DNA of 64,000 bases from Mytilus edulis (lineage: Eukaryota). Shown piece by piece: positions 52,740-64,000 of this stretch. Where the stretch lies: NCBI RefSeq assembly GCF_963676685.1, contig NC_092349.1:79422001-79486000 (forward strand), written 5' to 3'. Within the stretch, counting starts at the first letter, position 1, and each line of letters opens with the position of its first letter. Both the position numbers and the translations under genes were made by a program. The notes below the pieces were generated by a model, which saw only the letters and a program-made list of their open reading frames with translations, was not told where the DNA came from and ran no database searches.

Positions 52740-52803
52740 ATGAATAGAATGTTGGTTCACATTGTTATGGTTGTATTAGTTGCTGGTAAAGCATCTACGT
52801 CTG
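52740..52803 (+). CDS. Gene B coding exon 1, signal peptide (MNRMLVHIVMVVLVAGKASTS)
   Basis: Acceptor AG 52721-52722, ATG 52740, donor G|GTAAGT. Confidence 0.8.
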
Positions 52804-53509
52804 GTAAGTATTTCATTAATATTTCACACATATAAAAAGGCGACGATATTCCACGGTGCTGAGTGGTTTTGTTTAAATACGGTCCATTAACAACACAAGC
52901 GTCACCCGGAAGAGACACACAGATCAAACCAAGTTCCTTATTTCAATAAGTTGAGTACATACGTTAGCATAATGAAATGATCTTGTGATTGTTTCATATA
53001 AAGTCGACGCCAATATAAAGAATTATAACAGGAAGAACGACTTCCACATGTAGGTATACGGCATAAATGTCTTAACCATGCCAAACTATAGATTCATATT
53101 TTGAACTGTAAGTATCTTTTTTTTAAAGGTTCAACGTAAGCATTTTGGTTCTGTTTAAATGTATGACTAGTGCAAACGTTCAAACATTCGTTTAACTGAT
53201 GCAATATAATTAGCAAGTGCTCAATAAGTGTTGCATGAAATATATCAGTGTGATGCAACTCCATTAATTGTTTCATAATGTATTTCCTTTTACCACTACG
53301 ACACCGATACAGGTTTTGATAACATCATTTCAAATCATTTATTTTCTATAAAATTTTCTTTGAATCTACCTCCTATTGTTTCTAAAATATAATTTAACAA
53401 AAAAGTGTAACATATTTGGGAAAATTCGTTTTCCGAACATAATCAGTTTATTCTTCTAATGCATACATGTATATACTTTTTAACAGTTATAATTAAAAAT
53501 TGCTTTCAG

Positions 53510-53833
53510 GTACGTGGAAACTGACTAACACTAGAGTAACATTTGGAAAAGATGTTTATCTGATGTGCCTTCTTGATGAAGTTGAATGTAATACTTCCAA
53601 ACAAGAACCAGACCCTAGAGGTTGGACAGGGGGTCCACAATACCAATTACTGTGTATGGACGGTGATTGTCGAAACTCATCTAAGTATGAAATGATTACA
53701 CAAAGTACCAGTCTAAATTTTGGATTATTGATACACAATTTTAGTGAATCAGATATAAACCACTCATACACGTGTTCCTGTGGATTCAATGATTTCCATG
53801 GAAATCTTTCTATTGAACCAAAACAAGTTATAT
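53510..53833 (+). CDS. Gene B coding exon 2, V-like Ig domain
   Basis: VYLMC, RGWTGG, ESDINHSYTCSCGF; phase 1-1. Confidence 0.9.
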
Positions 53834-53954
53834 GTAAGTACTTGTTAAGTAATAAAAATGTATATCATTTGGAGTTTTTTTTTTTACGTAAAATACATGT
53901 AAGCAGGAAGTCTAACAGTATAGATATCAAACTCTGAAGATTATATCAAATATC

Positions 53955-54547
53955 TTTAGAAAGATTCGTGGTATACCGCCATCTTAGATCGACAATTCCG
54001 TACAAAATCGGTCTAGTTATTTGGAGACAGATTTGCAATTTACTGGTTAGACTGTTTATTGATATAAAAAAGCTTGGTGATTTCTTGTATAACTCAAAAT
54101 ATTTAAACAAATTTCAAATTTTGTGTTTTTAGAATCTGTCTTTTCAAATAAACCATTTAAAGATAGATCATGTTTTTAGTAAAATAGGATTTGTTTTTTG
54201 TTTTTTATCGTAGCACGAAAATAAGTTCGGTGACACCATTTTTATTTATATTTTCTTATTGTAAATAATATATTATCATGATTATAAAACCTATATTCTC
54301 ACAATTCATTTCAAATTTCTATTTCATAGATTTTTTTTATGCACACAAATGTGTTGTTTTTTTCTGAACAAACAAACCAAATGTATACAATTTTCAACGA
54401 CTCATAGCTTGGAAAATAGCACGGTGACCCATACTTTTTATCATATCTTTAAAAATGCATTGTAAAAACTTCATTTTGGCAATACTAATGAGTCTTATGG
54501 TAATAACTCTAGACACATCTATCAAGAAAACGGGCATTTCTCGTAGG
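53955..54547. mobile_element. Probable DNA-transposon-derived insertion in gene B intron
   Basis: No counterpart in the equivalent gene A intron; no clear TIR or TSD found. Confidence 0.3.
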
Positions 54548-54643
54548 TTAAATATGTTGATTACCCCATAAGAAATACTTGTTTTCATGTATTGAAATTA
54601 AAGAAATACCATTTATATTTACTACTTTTTATTTCTGTTGCAG

Positions 54644-54762
54644 CGTTACAATCAATTACAAAAACAATAAAAGATAAAAACAATATCAACAACGACAACA
54701 TGGCAATAGAAATAATTCTTCACAAGGTGAACCCTGTTCCAAACTGCTCAGCATTGCTTAAG
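54644..54762 (+). CDS. Gene B coding exon 3
   Basis: TTGCAG acceptor, AAG|GTGAGA donor; IEIILHKVNPVPNCSALLK. Confidence 0.85.
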
Positions 54763-54985
54763 GTGAGAAGGCATAACTACTTTATGTTTTTATTTCATTT
54801 CAAATGCATCCTGAAAATCTGATTTCATTGTCACAAGTAAAAGATATATATCACAATTCAATTGCATTGCCTTATTTGAAGATACATCTTATCAACAATA
54901 ATTTTGTTTATTTAGATAGTTCTGATACGTTAGATACACTGTATGCACAGAAAAAAATTGAAGAGACCTCCTCTTTTTTTTGCAG

Positions 54986-55166
54986 GGTCGGTTTATCAAT
55001 AATGCAACTGTTACTGTTATGAAATGGTACACGTATTACAACGATGTTAAGGTGGTTTATGATTTTCCTGTAGACAGTGTCGGTTGTGAAGGTAGACTGC
55101 AAATACTTTGCAACCTTGTGTATAGTAATGTCACAATTTTTGACGAATACATAGATATATGTCAAG
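54986..55166 (+). CDS. Gene B coding exon 4
   Basis: TTTTGCAG acceptor, G|GTAAGC donor; 181 nt. Confidence 0.9.
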
Positions 55167-55444
55167 GTAAGCTTAATTTAATTTCTACAGTTTTCTAATT
55201 CGATCTTCCTTCTATTATGTCTTGAATAGGATCGTGATGGTTCATATTTTGTAAAGATTCAGTGTGAAACTGAGGTGTAGCAAGCATCGTCCAAACACTA
55301 ACTTCAGCAAAAAGTAATCTGCTTTGTAAAACAGGACTTGATCATTTCTACATGTATACTATTCTTTTTTTTGAAGGATGGTGTGAATTCACATACAACA
55401 GTGAGGAAAGATATCATACTCAAAATTTGTATTAATGTATCTAA

Positions 55445-55560
55445 ATTTAAGATAGGTGTCGAGTGCACCTGCAAAAGGGGGGTTCGAACTCACAACCTCA
55501 TTGTTAGCCAGTGATTACTGTAGTAGAACTACATAGACCACTTGGCAAACGAGACCCCTA
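55445..55560 (-). mobile_element. tRNA-derived SINE head in gene B intron
   Basis: Minus strand TTGCCAAGTGG (A-box-like) and AGTTCGAACCC (B box). Confidence 0.55.
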
Positions 55561-55650
55561 ACGCGTGTATGAAAAAGTCTTATTTCGTTTGTTCTATATT
55601 GAAATAAAACTCTTTTTTATGTTTATTCTATTTTTGTTTCTAATTTTTAG

Positions 55651-55743
55651 AAAACAAATTGAGCATGCGGACAATGGTTTTACCAGCCATCGGGTGTTGT
55701 GTGTTTGTTATGATTTTGTTGATTTGCATATATTTGGTTAAAA
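55651..55743 (+). CDS. Gene B coding exon 5, transmembrane helix
   Basis: 93 nt; NKLSMRTMVLPAIGCCVFVMILLICIYLVK; GTAAGT donor. Confidence 0.85.
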
Positions 55744-56511
55744 GTAAGTTTTAAAGTACTTTTTATATTTCGATATCGTTCGAATCTTACCTCACAATGA
55801 AAAATATAACAAGTGTCTTGTCTCTCTAAATTCTCATGAAAAGCAAAATTGCCACATCATAATTGTTCCGTGAATTTTGATTTAAATGTCTTTACTATAT
55901 ATTGATTCTTATATGAATTACAGAGTTTTCTGTCTAAATTATTAATATCAAAACAGAAGCAATATAAGATTGTCAATGAATTAAATGCATAAAATTCATC
56001 AACGACTTTAGGTTAATACATTCATAAACAATATCAAAATATATAATAAAAAAAAAAAGACTCAAATAAGAAAACAAAATAATAAAATGATATCTAACAC
56101 TTTGCCGTCGAATGTCTTAAGTGTGTGTAGATTGTATGCATGCTGCATCGTTTACAGCTCTTTTTGGTAAAAACAAAACCTGTTTTTTTCTGGATAGCGC
56201 TATTTTGATTTGTATAAACTGGACAGTAAAATTTGCATTGTATGTATTTACTCCATGCCAAGAGTCCAAATGAGTACTTGTTTTAATCGTGAAGTGAAAT
56301 GATATCGGCGTCATTCGAATATATGATAAAAACGATTAAAAGTTGAGATGTAAATTCAATTACTGAATCTATCGTTCTGGTCATTGTATTAGTTGAATAT
56401 TTTCTTGAATAATTACTTGAAAGTTAAAACACTAAAATGTTTACAATTTTTGCAGTTTGATAAAAGTAATTACTTAAATAATTTGAATTCATTCATTTTT
56501 CTCGTCCTCAG

Positions 56512-56549
56512 GAAATGACACGATGTACCATTTGGCAGATAATGTTTGA
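56512..56549 (+). CDS. Gene B coding exon 6, short cytoplasmic tail (RNDTMYHLADNV*)
   Basis: Strong acceptor TTTTTCTCGTCCTCAG; stop TGA 56547-56549. The frame homologous to gene A's tail is shifted by one. Confidence 0.6.
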
Positions 56550-57821
56550 CCAATGAAAAGACGAAACAAAGTGCAATAACCAATCAAGATCAATCAATAA
56601 TTGCAGACGATAATAATCATGAAACTGAAAAATCACTACACGAAATGTTGCTTTCGGGACGTTAACCCGTACATTTCCGATTACACAATGCTTGCGTTAT
56701 AACGTCACAGTAACACTGACTTATTCAATTATGATATTTACGATTGATAACTCCAGCCAACCACTGTAGAGCATTCACAAAATAGAACAGGAGATTAGTT
56801 TATTTGTTGAAACAAGACATTTAGCAAATAAATACAGTTGAATTGCTAAATTAAATTTCGGCTAGTAAGTATTATCAAATATCATTTTTGTATATATCAT
56901 TTAGCTATTTTAATTGACTTTTTTTGTATTTTAAATTTGTTATGCAGACCAAAGAAAAACAAATTGTCAAGTGCCTTTATTTCTCTATTAAAGGTAAAAA
57001 ATGTAGGTTAAAGACAAATACAGTTATTGTACATGGGATTGAATTAAAACAAAACAATTTATATGAAAGGACATACATTAATTTCTATCAATTATGATTT
57101 GAGTTTGTCATGTTTGCAGCAGTATCATGTAATTTATACTGTTCATTGAGCATCATTTCGGATGCATTCCATAACACGCTAAAACAGAGTTAGCATCACA
57201 ACTCATTTGTAGAATTTCACATAAGTTCAATCTTTTTTGTGCAAAAGATTTAAGTATTAATTTACCGAATTTTACAGCTAACATAGTCTTTATCAGGAAC
57301 TAGAGGCAGAGCTAGGTAATATATAAGGAACAGCATTCCATTGGTATATCAAACAAATAAAAACATTTTCTAAATAGTTACATGATCATACTTTCGGATG
57401 AATACTCCGATCTCCGATTCAAAGTGAGTTTAGCACTTTTGTTAATAATATATTCACTGCTTTACTATGCAATTTTGACATACCATTTCCTTGCTTGATA
57501 TCATCTGTAAATATTTCCTATCAGCAAGTATCATTTCGTATTTCAATGTGCAGCTAAACGTGTTATAAGTGTAAATGTTTTAGAATATAACGTAAGATGT
57601 TAGAATGTTTATGTAATAAATCATGTGCGACTATTATTTATTGTATATGTGTTTATGTAGTGTTATTGTCCAAATGCATGCAATCAATAAAACTGAAAGC
57701 GTTTGGCCAATGCTTGGGCATCATTTACAATCTTTTACGCACATCAGTTTGATAAGACGAACATATAACTTTTCATGTGTATGATTTTGTTATTGCTCAA
57801 TGTTTTTGTTAACCTGTTTTA

Positions 57822-57827
57822 AATAAA
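57822..57827 (+). terminator. Putative poly(A) signal of gene B
   Basis: AATAAA in the same context (TGTTTTAAATAAA) as in gene A. Confidence 0.5.
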
Positions 57828-58069
57828 TGCTATAAAAAATACCTGTTGTTTAATTTGCTTTAAACTGATTTATATTTAATGAGTTACCATTTCATTCGTA
57901 AATAAACCAATTCAAGATATTTTGTCACATGTACTAGATACTTATTTCGTATATAATGAAGTTAAACTGAACGAAAATAAAGTCTTAAAATTGAAGATAG
58001 GCGATTTATTGGATACATTCATACGTTATAAGTCGGAGAGGTCTACAGTCGTTTGATATGAAGTCTTTG

Positions 58070-58410
58070 GTCCATTGGAAGGAAATTGAGGTCAAGGTCA
58101 AAGGACAAGGTCATGTAATAAATTTTAAATTTTGCTTGTCATCGTTATTCTAAAGAAACTTTGACAGTAAATCATATGATGTGTTGGCCAAGTAACTGTT
58201 AACAAAAAGGCGCAACTTCAACCTATTTAAGTCGAAGAGTTTTAGTTTACCCTTATAGGAATTGTCTCCCCTTTTGTATTTGAAATCAGTATTTCTCAAC
58301 AACCATATTAGTGATTGACCTGGGGTATTTTGATTTGATATCACTGACCTATGACCTCAACATTGAGGTCAAGTTCAAAGGTCAATTTGACGTTCTAGAT
58401 TTTGTTCTTT
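58070..58410. repeat. HINE-like internal repeat fragment
   Basis: Two TTGAGGTCAAG(G/T)TCAAAGG motifs and inverted TGACCT motifs. Confidence 0.4.
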
Positions 58411-58454
58411 GATAAATAACCTCATCATAGATACCAGGATTAAATTTAGTATAT

Positions 58455-58498
58455 ACGCCAGAAGCGAGTTTCGTCTACAAAAGACTCGTCAGTGACAC
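58455..58498 (-). ncRNA. Type I hammerhead ribozyme, copy 1 (stem III mutated)
   Basis: GUGUCA-CUGACGA-GUC-UUUUGUA-GAC-GAAA-CUCGCU-UC-UGGCGU. Confidence 0.65.
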
Positions 58499-58819
58499 TC
58501 GAATCCAAAAACGTTAAAAAAGCCAAATAAAGTACGAAATTGACGAGCATTGAGAACAAACATTCCTAAAAGTTTTGTCAAATACAGCTTAGGTAATCTA
58601 TGCCTGAGGTAGTAAAGCCTTAGAATTTCAAAAAATTCAAAAACTTGTAAACAGTAAATTTAAAAATATAACAATATCAATGACAATTCATGTCAGCACA
58701 AAAAGTGCTGACTACTGGGCTTGTGATACCTTTGGGGAAATAACCCTCCACCTGCATTGGCATCGACCCAGTTATTGTAAATAAAATCATCATAGATACC
58801 AGGATTAAATTTAGTGTAT

Positions 58820-58863
58820 ACGCCAGACGCACGTTTCGTCTACCAAAGACTCATCAGTGACGC
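58820..58863 (-). ncRNA. Type I hammerhead ribozyme, copy 2 (intact core)
   Basis: GCGUCA-CUGAUGA-GUC-UUUGGUA-GAC-GAAA-CGUGCG-UC|UGGCGU; predicted cleavage between 58826 and 58825. Confidence 0.9.
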
Positions 58864-59184
58864 TCGAATCCAAAAACGTTTAAAAGGCCAAATAAAGTAC
58901 GAAGTTGACGAGCATTGAGAACAAATATTACTAAAAGTTTTGCCAAATACAGCTAAGGTAATCTATGCCTGAGGTAGAAAAGCCTTAGTATTTCAAATAA
59001 TTAAAAACTTTGTAAACAGTAAATTTATAAATATAACAATATCAATGACAATTCATGTCAGCACAAAAAATGCTGACTACTGGGCTTGTAATACCATCGG
59101 GGAAATAAATCTCCACCAGCAGTGGCATCGACCTAGTGGTTGTAAATAAACTCATCATAGATACCAGAATTGAATTTAGTATAT

Positions 59185-59228
59185 TCACCAGACGCGCGTT
59201 TCGTCAACAAAAGACTCATCAGTGACGC
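59185..59228 (-). ncRNA. Type I hammerhead ribozyme, copy 3 (intact core)
   Basis: GCGUCA-CUGAUGA-GUC-UUUUGUU-GAC-GAAA-CGCGCG-UC|UGGUGA; predicted cleavage between 59191 and 59190. Confidence 0.9.
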
Positions 59229-60204
59229 TCGAATCCAAAAAAGTTAAAAAGGCCAAATAAAGTACGAAATTGACGACCATTGAGAACAAAAATTCCTAAA
59301 TTTTTGCCAAATACAGCTAAGGTAATCTATGCCTGAGGTAGAAAAGCCTTAGTATTCCAAAAAAATCAAAAATTTGTAAACAGTAAATTTATAAATATAA
59401 CAATATCAATGACAATGCATGTCAGCACAAAAAGTGCTAAATTATTTCTGGTTCATTATAAAACAATTAAGTCTTCTGCATAAACCTATTAATTTTTTTT
59501 TTATATCAGTTCGATTTACCACATTTCATCAACACAGAGTAACATTTTCTAACATCGTTTTTTTAAATTTCATTCTTATTATCGAGGTGGAAAGACCTTC
59601 AATAGTTCTCCATGTTCTCTGAAGAATTGGTTTTTAATACTGTTGTAATAAGGTTGATAATGCAGTCATCCTGTTACATAGTTCATTATTAATAATGAAA
59701 ATTAAAAGATGTAATATCATATATGAATTGAGTTTTAGATAATTCCGATTATAATTATATATATAAGTATTTATGTTAGAAGCATTCTGTACGCCTCTAC
59801 TAAGTATAACAATGTTTCATGAGCAATTCACAAATATATCTTGCATACATTAAGTCATTTAGCGGAGTATTAGGACATAATAAGATTTCAATTGCAGAAG
59901 ATGATAATTATACTTGATACAATACTTTTTTGTATTGACTGTGTAAATGAAGGGACATTTGGTTTTACATCCACATATCTAACGACACTATGTAATACAA
60001 TCCTTATATATCATGGTGGTCTTTTTCAATACAAAACAAACGGCGGATGTAGCATTATTCTTCACTTCCAACTTTTAAATAAACAGTTTTTAGCGTAATT
60101 CATATTAAGTCGTAATATTTAACAAATGATTTCAAACTGAGTACATCATCGATTTCGTTTAAACGTATTTATTTAATGTTGGATTGAGAAACATGTTATT
60201 GCAA

Positions 60205-60497
60205 ATTAAATTAATCCCTTTCCACTTTGCGGATGCGAGTGCTGCCTTGTAGCGGCATTAGCCTTCTTTTTTCGAAATTTACAAGGGGTATTTTACGTGC
60301 AAGATATATGACTCTCTCGTAACACAGGTCAGTCGTTTATCGTCCCCTTTCGACTAGCATCGTTTCCTCAAGATAATACTACAAATGGTGTCAAGATAGA
60401 ACCGAAAATTGAGAATTTTTCTCTTTGGAACAGAGATCGAAACCAGGAACCCTTGTGTTAGTAGTCCGATGCACTAACCACTACATCACGGCTCTCA
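60205..60497 (-). mobile_element. tRNA-derived SINE, near full length (MetaSINE-like core)
   Basis: Minus strand head GAGAGCCGTGATGTAGTGGTTAG...GGTTTCGATC; core GGACGATAAAC..CACGTAAAA; AT-rich tail; absent from the paralogous block. Confidence 0.7.
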
Positions 60498-60539
60498 TAT
60501 TATCTTTTTAGATGAATTAAGAACTATGTCCAGTGCACG

Positions 60540-61815
60540 ATGTTTTGTCGATATTGTCAACATCGCAATGTCAACTTTATAGTGTCGTTATTGTGTTTAC
60601 ATTGTATCCTATCAATATGTTCTATACCTTTCTGTTTACATCGTTCACATCGTATACATCGGGATGTTGACAATATCGTGTCGACATCGTGTTTATATTG
60701 TATATATATAGAGTCTATAGTTTTCTGTTTACATCGTTCACATCGTATGCATCGCGATGTTGACAATAACGTGTCAACATCGTGTTTATATTGTATATAT
60801 ATATATAAAGTCTATACCTTTCTGTTCGCATCGTTCACATCGTATACATCGCGATGTTGACAATAACGTGTCAACGTGTATATATAGAGTCTATACCTTT
60901 CTGTTTACATCGTTCACATCGTATACATCACGATGCTGACAATATCATGTCAACATCGTGTTTATATTGTATTTATATATATAAAGTCTATACCTTTCTG
61001 TTTACATCGTTCACATCGTATACATTGCGATGTTGACAATATTGTGTCAACATCGTATTTATATTATATATGTAGAGTCTATACCTTTATGTTTACATCG
61101 TTCACATCGTATACATCGCGATGTTGACAATATTGTATCAACATCGTGTTTATATTGTATATATATATATATATATAAAGTCTATACCTTTCTGTTTACA
61201 TCGTTCACATCGTATACATCGCAATGTTGACAATATTGTGTCAACATCGTGTATATATAGTCTATACCTTTCTGTTTACATCGTTCACATCGTATACATC
61301 GCGATGTTGACAATATCGTGTCAACATCGTGTTTATATTGTATTTATATATATACAGTCCATACCTTTCTGTTTACATCGTTCACATCGCATACATCGCG
61401 ATGTTGACAATATTGTGTCAACATCGTGTTTATATTATATATATATAGTCTATACCGTTCTGTTTACATCGTTCACATCGTATACATTGCGATGTTGACA
61501 ATATCGTGTCAACATCGTGTTTATATTGTATTTATATATATAAAGTCCATACCTTTCTGTTTACATCGTTCACATCGCATACATCGCGATGTTGACAATA
61601 TTGTGTCAACATCGTGTTTATATTATATATATAGAGTCTATACCGTTCTGTTTACATCGTTCACATCGCATACATCGCGATGTTGACAATAGTGTGTCAA
61701 CATCGTGTTTATATTGTATATATAGTGTCTACACCTTTCTGTTTACATCGTTCACATCGTATACATCGTAATGTTAACAATATAGTGTCAACATCTTGTT
61801 GTTGTTGTATATACA
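60540..61815 (+). repeat. Satellite array, ~80-103-bp unit, ~13-14 copies
   Basis: CTGTTTACATCGTTCACATCGTATACATCGCGATGTTGACAAT... with variable (TA)n. Confidence 0.95.
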
Positions 61816-62429
61816 TTTTTTTTCTTTTTTTTTTTAAAATAAGTTAACATGGTTAAGCAGTTAGTTATATAGTTAAAATTGTTTTCCATTTTTCATGTCG
61901 GCGTCTTTTATTGTTAACTATGCCATATAAACTTTGCTCAATGTTAAAGGCCATACGGTTATCTATAGATGTGCCAGTTAGTATGTATGTACTGGAAATT
62001 TTACTTATTTGCAATCATACCACTTCTTTTTTTATAAATACCTTTCTGTTTAAATTGTTTACATAACAATGCTAACAATATTGTGTCAAAATCGTGTTTA
62101 TATTTTATATTGAGTCTATGGTATGTATATAAACGTTAAACTAACTGCATTTGTTTGCACCTGTCCTTAGTCAGGAATCTGTCGTTCAGTAGTTGTCGTT
62201 TGTTGAATTGTTCATACGTGTTTCTGGTTTCATGTTTTTTTTACATTAGACCTTTATTTTTCCTGTTCAAATAGTTTTACACTAGTGTTTTTTTTGTGCC
62301 TTTCATAGCTTGCTACTCGATAAAAACCAAAACTCCGTATTAATGTCAAACCTATAGGGGTATACTTATAAAAGATGAAGTTTAAATAAAAAGTTGTCTC
62401 ATTTGAACTTATACCGCATCTTCTTATAT

Positions 62430-63115
62430 GTATACATCGCTATGTTAACGATGTCAACGATGTAAACAATATATATAAGAGTTCAAACAATGTTAACAAA
62501 GTTGACTAGATATCGGTTTAATATTGTGTACATCGCGATGTTAACGATGTCAAGGATGTAAACAATATATAAGAGTTTAAACAATGTCAACGATTTTCAC
62601 ACGACATTGTTTTAACCTTGTAAACATCACGATGTTAACGATGTCAACGATGTAAACAATAGATAAAAGTTCAAACAATGTCAACAATGTTGACACGACA
62701 TCGTGTTTACATTGTATACATCGCAATGTTAACGATGTCAACGATGTAAACAATATATACGGGGATCAAACAATGTAAACGATGTTGACACGACATCGTG
62801 TTAACATTGAAAACATCGCGATGTTAACGATGTCAACGATGTAAACAATATATAAGAGTTCAGACAATGTCAACGTTGTTGACACGACATCTGGTTTATA
62901 TTGTATACATCGCAATGTTAACGGTGTCAACGATGTAAACAATATAAAAGGGTTCAAACAATGTAAACGATGTTAACACGACATCGTTTTAACATTGTAT
63001 ACATCGCGATGTCAACGATGTATACATTATATAAGGGTTCAAACAATGTAAACAATGTTGACACTATATCGTGTTAACATTGTAGATATCGCGATGTCGA
63101 CAATATTGAATAAAC
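62430..63115 (-). repeat. Satellite array, ~95-bp unit, ~7 copies, inverted relative to the left array
   Basis: AACGATGTCAACGATGTAAACAAT units, the reverse complement of the left-array motif. Confidence 0.9.
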
Positions 63116-64000
63116 ATCCTTCACTGGACATGAATGTGAATTAACACCTGTGGATCATTAGATATCATATTTATGTAAGGCTAATTGAATAAAATAATAC
63201 GTCTTTGAACAAAAAACAATATATTTGCATAACAGCAGAAAATTTAAAGTACCTTTTTGAATATGTTGAATGGCCTAATATGTCTTTCAAATTTTTGTAT
63301 AATTAATGATTAAAGATAGATGGTCCATTAGGCTTTTTCTAACATTATTTTTTTTTAAGTAAGTGAAATGAAATATTTTCGATGCATGATAATGATTAAA
63401 AAAAAAGAGTAATATAACATCAAGTTATAAGCATATAGATAAGGTCACATGCAGGTAATGCCGTTACTATGTTATGTATTGCTATGTAAAACAATGGCAC
63501 ATCGAAAAGTATCATGTGATATTTAGTATCAGCTTCGATCCCTCTTTCTTAACCAGATTTAGTAAAAAATTATGTCTTCCAATTCATATCAAGACTTCAA
63601 CTATGATTTTTTTCAATTAAATGAATTTACAGCAAACATTATCTAAAGGAGTTTATGTTTTGAAACAATTAGTTTAGGAAAGACATGTCCAAGAAATAGA
63701 AATTATAGGTACATGCATATGATTTAATTTTGACCCCATGCATCTCTAAATCTAGCACATCAATGTATTTTTTTATATATGCTTGTATGCACGTTTTCGT
63801 AAAATAATCATCGTGAGATCAAATCTATATCGTATTCCCTTAGGAAAATAATACTGTCAGGGATTTTATCACCTTACTCTCACGATCGTGCGAAATATCA
63901 GACCGGGTTAACATATGAAGGCCGTATTCCTTTTTTCCGTTTATAAGTTTTCTCACAGATATTAGCTTAATCATAATCTTGTATTTTATTAGATTGAAAA

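Larger units (their letters stand above)
52740..56549 (+). other. Gene B model: paralogue of gene A, 272 aa; join(52740-52803,53510-53833,54644-54762,54986-55166,55651-55743,56512-56549)
   Basis: GT-AG introns; same phases; coding exon sizes 64/324/119/181/93; 819-nt ORF. Confidence 0.82.
58413..59438 (-). mobile_element. Retrozyme tandem array, 365-bp monomer x ~2.8
   Basis: The TCATCATAGATACCAG anchor recurs every 365 bp; each monomer carries one type I hammerhead on the minus strand; no ORF. Confidence 0.9.
60526..63131. mobile_element. Non-autonomous TIR element with inverted subterminal satellite arrays
   Basis: ~44-bp imperfect TIR ATGTCCAGTG..GATGTTT..ATATTGTC(A/G)ACATCGC; absent from the paralogous site at ~6890. 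Confidence 0.7.

Noticed and set aside
56512-56549. ITIM/ITSM in the tails (TMYHLA in B, EKYHHE in A)
   Set aside because: The Y+3 residue is A or E, not L/V/I.
60540-61815. CRISPR-like periodicity (also 5085-5352 and 58413-59438)
   Set aside because: The inter-repeat sequence is itself repeated (no unique spacers), there are no cas genes, and the context is eukaryotic.
60540-62957. Many overlapping ORFs rich in HRSHRIHR or FTSFTSY
   Set aside because: They are translations of the satellite unit in several frames, with no splice or gene context.

Overview
Very AT-rich eukaryotic DNA with GT-AG introns. The repeat content is bivalve-like, most consistent with a mussel (Mytilus); this is an inference. 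The only host genes I can support are two tandem + strand paralogues of an uncharacterised type I membrane protein (signal peptide, Cys-rich V-like Ig domain, atypical 4-Cys Ig-like domain, TM, short tail). I reconstructed both exon by exon: gene A CDS 25397-30141 (309 aa) and gene B CDS 52740-56549 (272 aa). They share exon phases and nearly all exon sizes but differ in the distal domain, the promoter motifs (kB-like vs CRE-like) and the cytoplasmic tail, which is frameshifted in B. The locus shows repeated duplication: a near-perfect 2.6-kb tandem copy, a relic second promoter/first exon, an older ~3.5-kb duplication, and homology between the two ends of the window. Downstream of gene B lies a 365-bp tandem array with type I hammerhead ribozymes on the minus strand (retrozyme), and several fossil hammerheads occur elsewhere. 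The rest is mobile DNA: Penelope-like RT remnants (one in frame with the TM exon of gene A), a young 5'-truncated LINE, hAT and Harbinger MITEs with TIR/TSD, SINEs, HINE-like repeats and a TIR element carrying inverted satellite arrays. All alignments were done by eye, so repeat boundaries are approximate unless a TIR, TSD or splice site is quoted.
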